This document shows positions 63,403 through 64,000 of a stretch of DNA of 64,000 nt, piece by piece. Within the stretch, counting starts at the first letter, position 1; every line of letters starts with the position of its first letter. This stretch comes from Pseudomonadota bacterium (GTDB lineage: Bacteria; Desulfobacterota; Desulfobacteria; Desulfobacterales; C00003106). The DNA is taken from assembly GCA_043818915.1 (NCBI GenBank), contig JBDRFJ010000242.1, positions 1,810-65,809 of the forward strand, read 5' to 3'. The translations under genes and the position numbers were made by a program. The notes beneath the pieces are model-generated. The model was not told the origin of the DNA. It made no database searches and was given only the letters and a program-made list of their open reading frames with translations.

Positions 63403-63998
63403 CGTTTTGACTCCAATGATCGCACGGTGATGAACAAAAACAGAATGGTGAGATTTAGATAATATACGATATCGCGCGTATCAACGATCCCCTTGGAAAA
63501 GTTGTCGAAATGTTTAAGAAATGATACATGTGCCAGTAAACTTCCCCACCCTGATCCAACAAATGTCTCACACCATCCCAAAAGCCAGAATATGAGGAGC
63601 GCTCCGAATGATCCTGCCGCTGCCACAATCTGGTTCTCTGTAAATGATGAGAACATCAACCCCATGGCAGTGAACGATCCGCCCAAGAGGAAGAGTCCTA
63701 TGTAACCCGTGATAACCGTACCGGTATCCGGCGCCGCATACTTGTATAAGAGTGCGGGATAGAAGCCGGTCAGGGAGATCATAGCGAGAAAAATCGTAAA
63801 CGCGGCAGCGAATTTCCCCATCAAAAGCTCAACTTCCCGTATGGGATAACTCAGAATAAGTTCAAGTGTTCCGGTCTTTTTCTCTTCGGCAAAGAATTTC
63901 ATAGTAATAATAGGCATCATCATAAGCATGAATACACTTATGTTTCTAAAAGTGGGCTTAAGAACTATTTCTGTAACATTAATGTCTCCCGCATACTC
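63390..63998 (-). CDS. GldF-like ABC-2 permease, 5'-truncated by the window edge
   Basis: PIITMKFFAEEKKTGTLEL, GKF, SSFTENQIVAA; frame open to the window end. Confidence 0.88.
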   Translation of the reverse strand, partial: EYAGDINVTEIVLKPTFRNISVFMLMMMPIITMKFFAEEKKTGTLELILSYPIREVELLMGKFAAAFTIFLAMISLTGFYPALLYKYAAPDTGTVITGYIGLFLLGGSFTAMGLMFSSFTENQIVAAAGSFGALLIFWLLGWCETFVGSGWGSLLAHVSFLKHFDNFSKGIVDTRDIVYYLNLTILFLFITVRSLESKRWQR

Positions 63999-64000
63999 CA

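Overview
This window looks like a core chromosomal segment of an anaerobic deltaproteobacterium (Desulfobacterota-like, inferred from gene content). The first ~770 bp appear to be the right end of an island integrated at the tmRNA gene: a 26-bp tmRNA 3' fragment with an IHF site and arm-like repeats. It is followed by prmA, a split transketolase-ftsEX-envC-ctpA-DUF610 run, a TolC-family gene, pyrE and queD. Next comes a ~19 kb hydrogen locus: sigma54 two-component pair, hypA, periplasmic group 1 [NiFe] hydrogenase, two maturation proteases, a convergent HdrA/MvhD fusion-mvhG-mvhA operon, and hypCBFDE. The rest holds an MFS gene, smpB, ptsI/ptsH, RNase E/G, selB, recJ, pdxA, a PurH-like gene, nadE, hsp20-lon, a tandem kinase-pseudokinase, eno, dksA, dnaJ and a Gld-like ABC system. 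The most unusual signal is intergenic. About ten gene junctions carry inverted arms built from 7-, 8- or 9-nt periodic repeats. Several enclose decayed N- or C-terminal stubs resembling four-helix-bundle (Avd-like) or GxxExxY genes. These suggest repeat-armed cassettes that insert between genes and collapse to hairpin scars, with MITEs and REP-like palindromes nested in them. Family assignments come from motif recognition only; no database searches were run.
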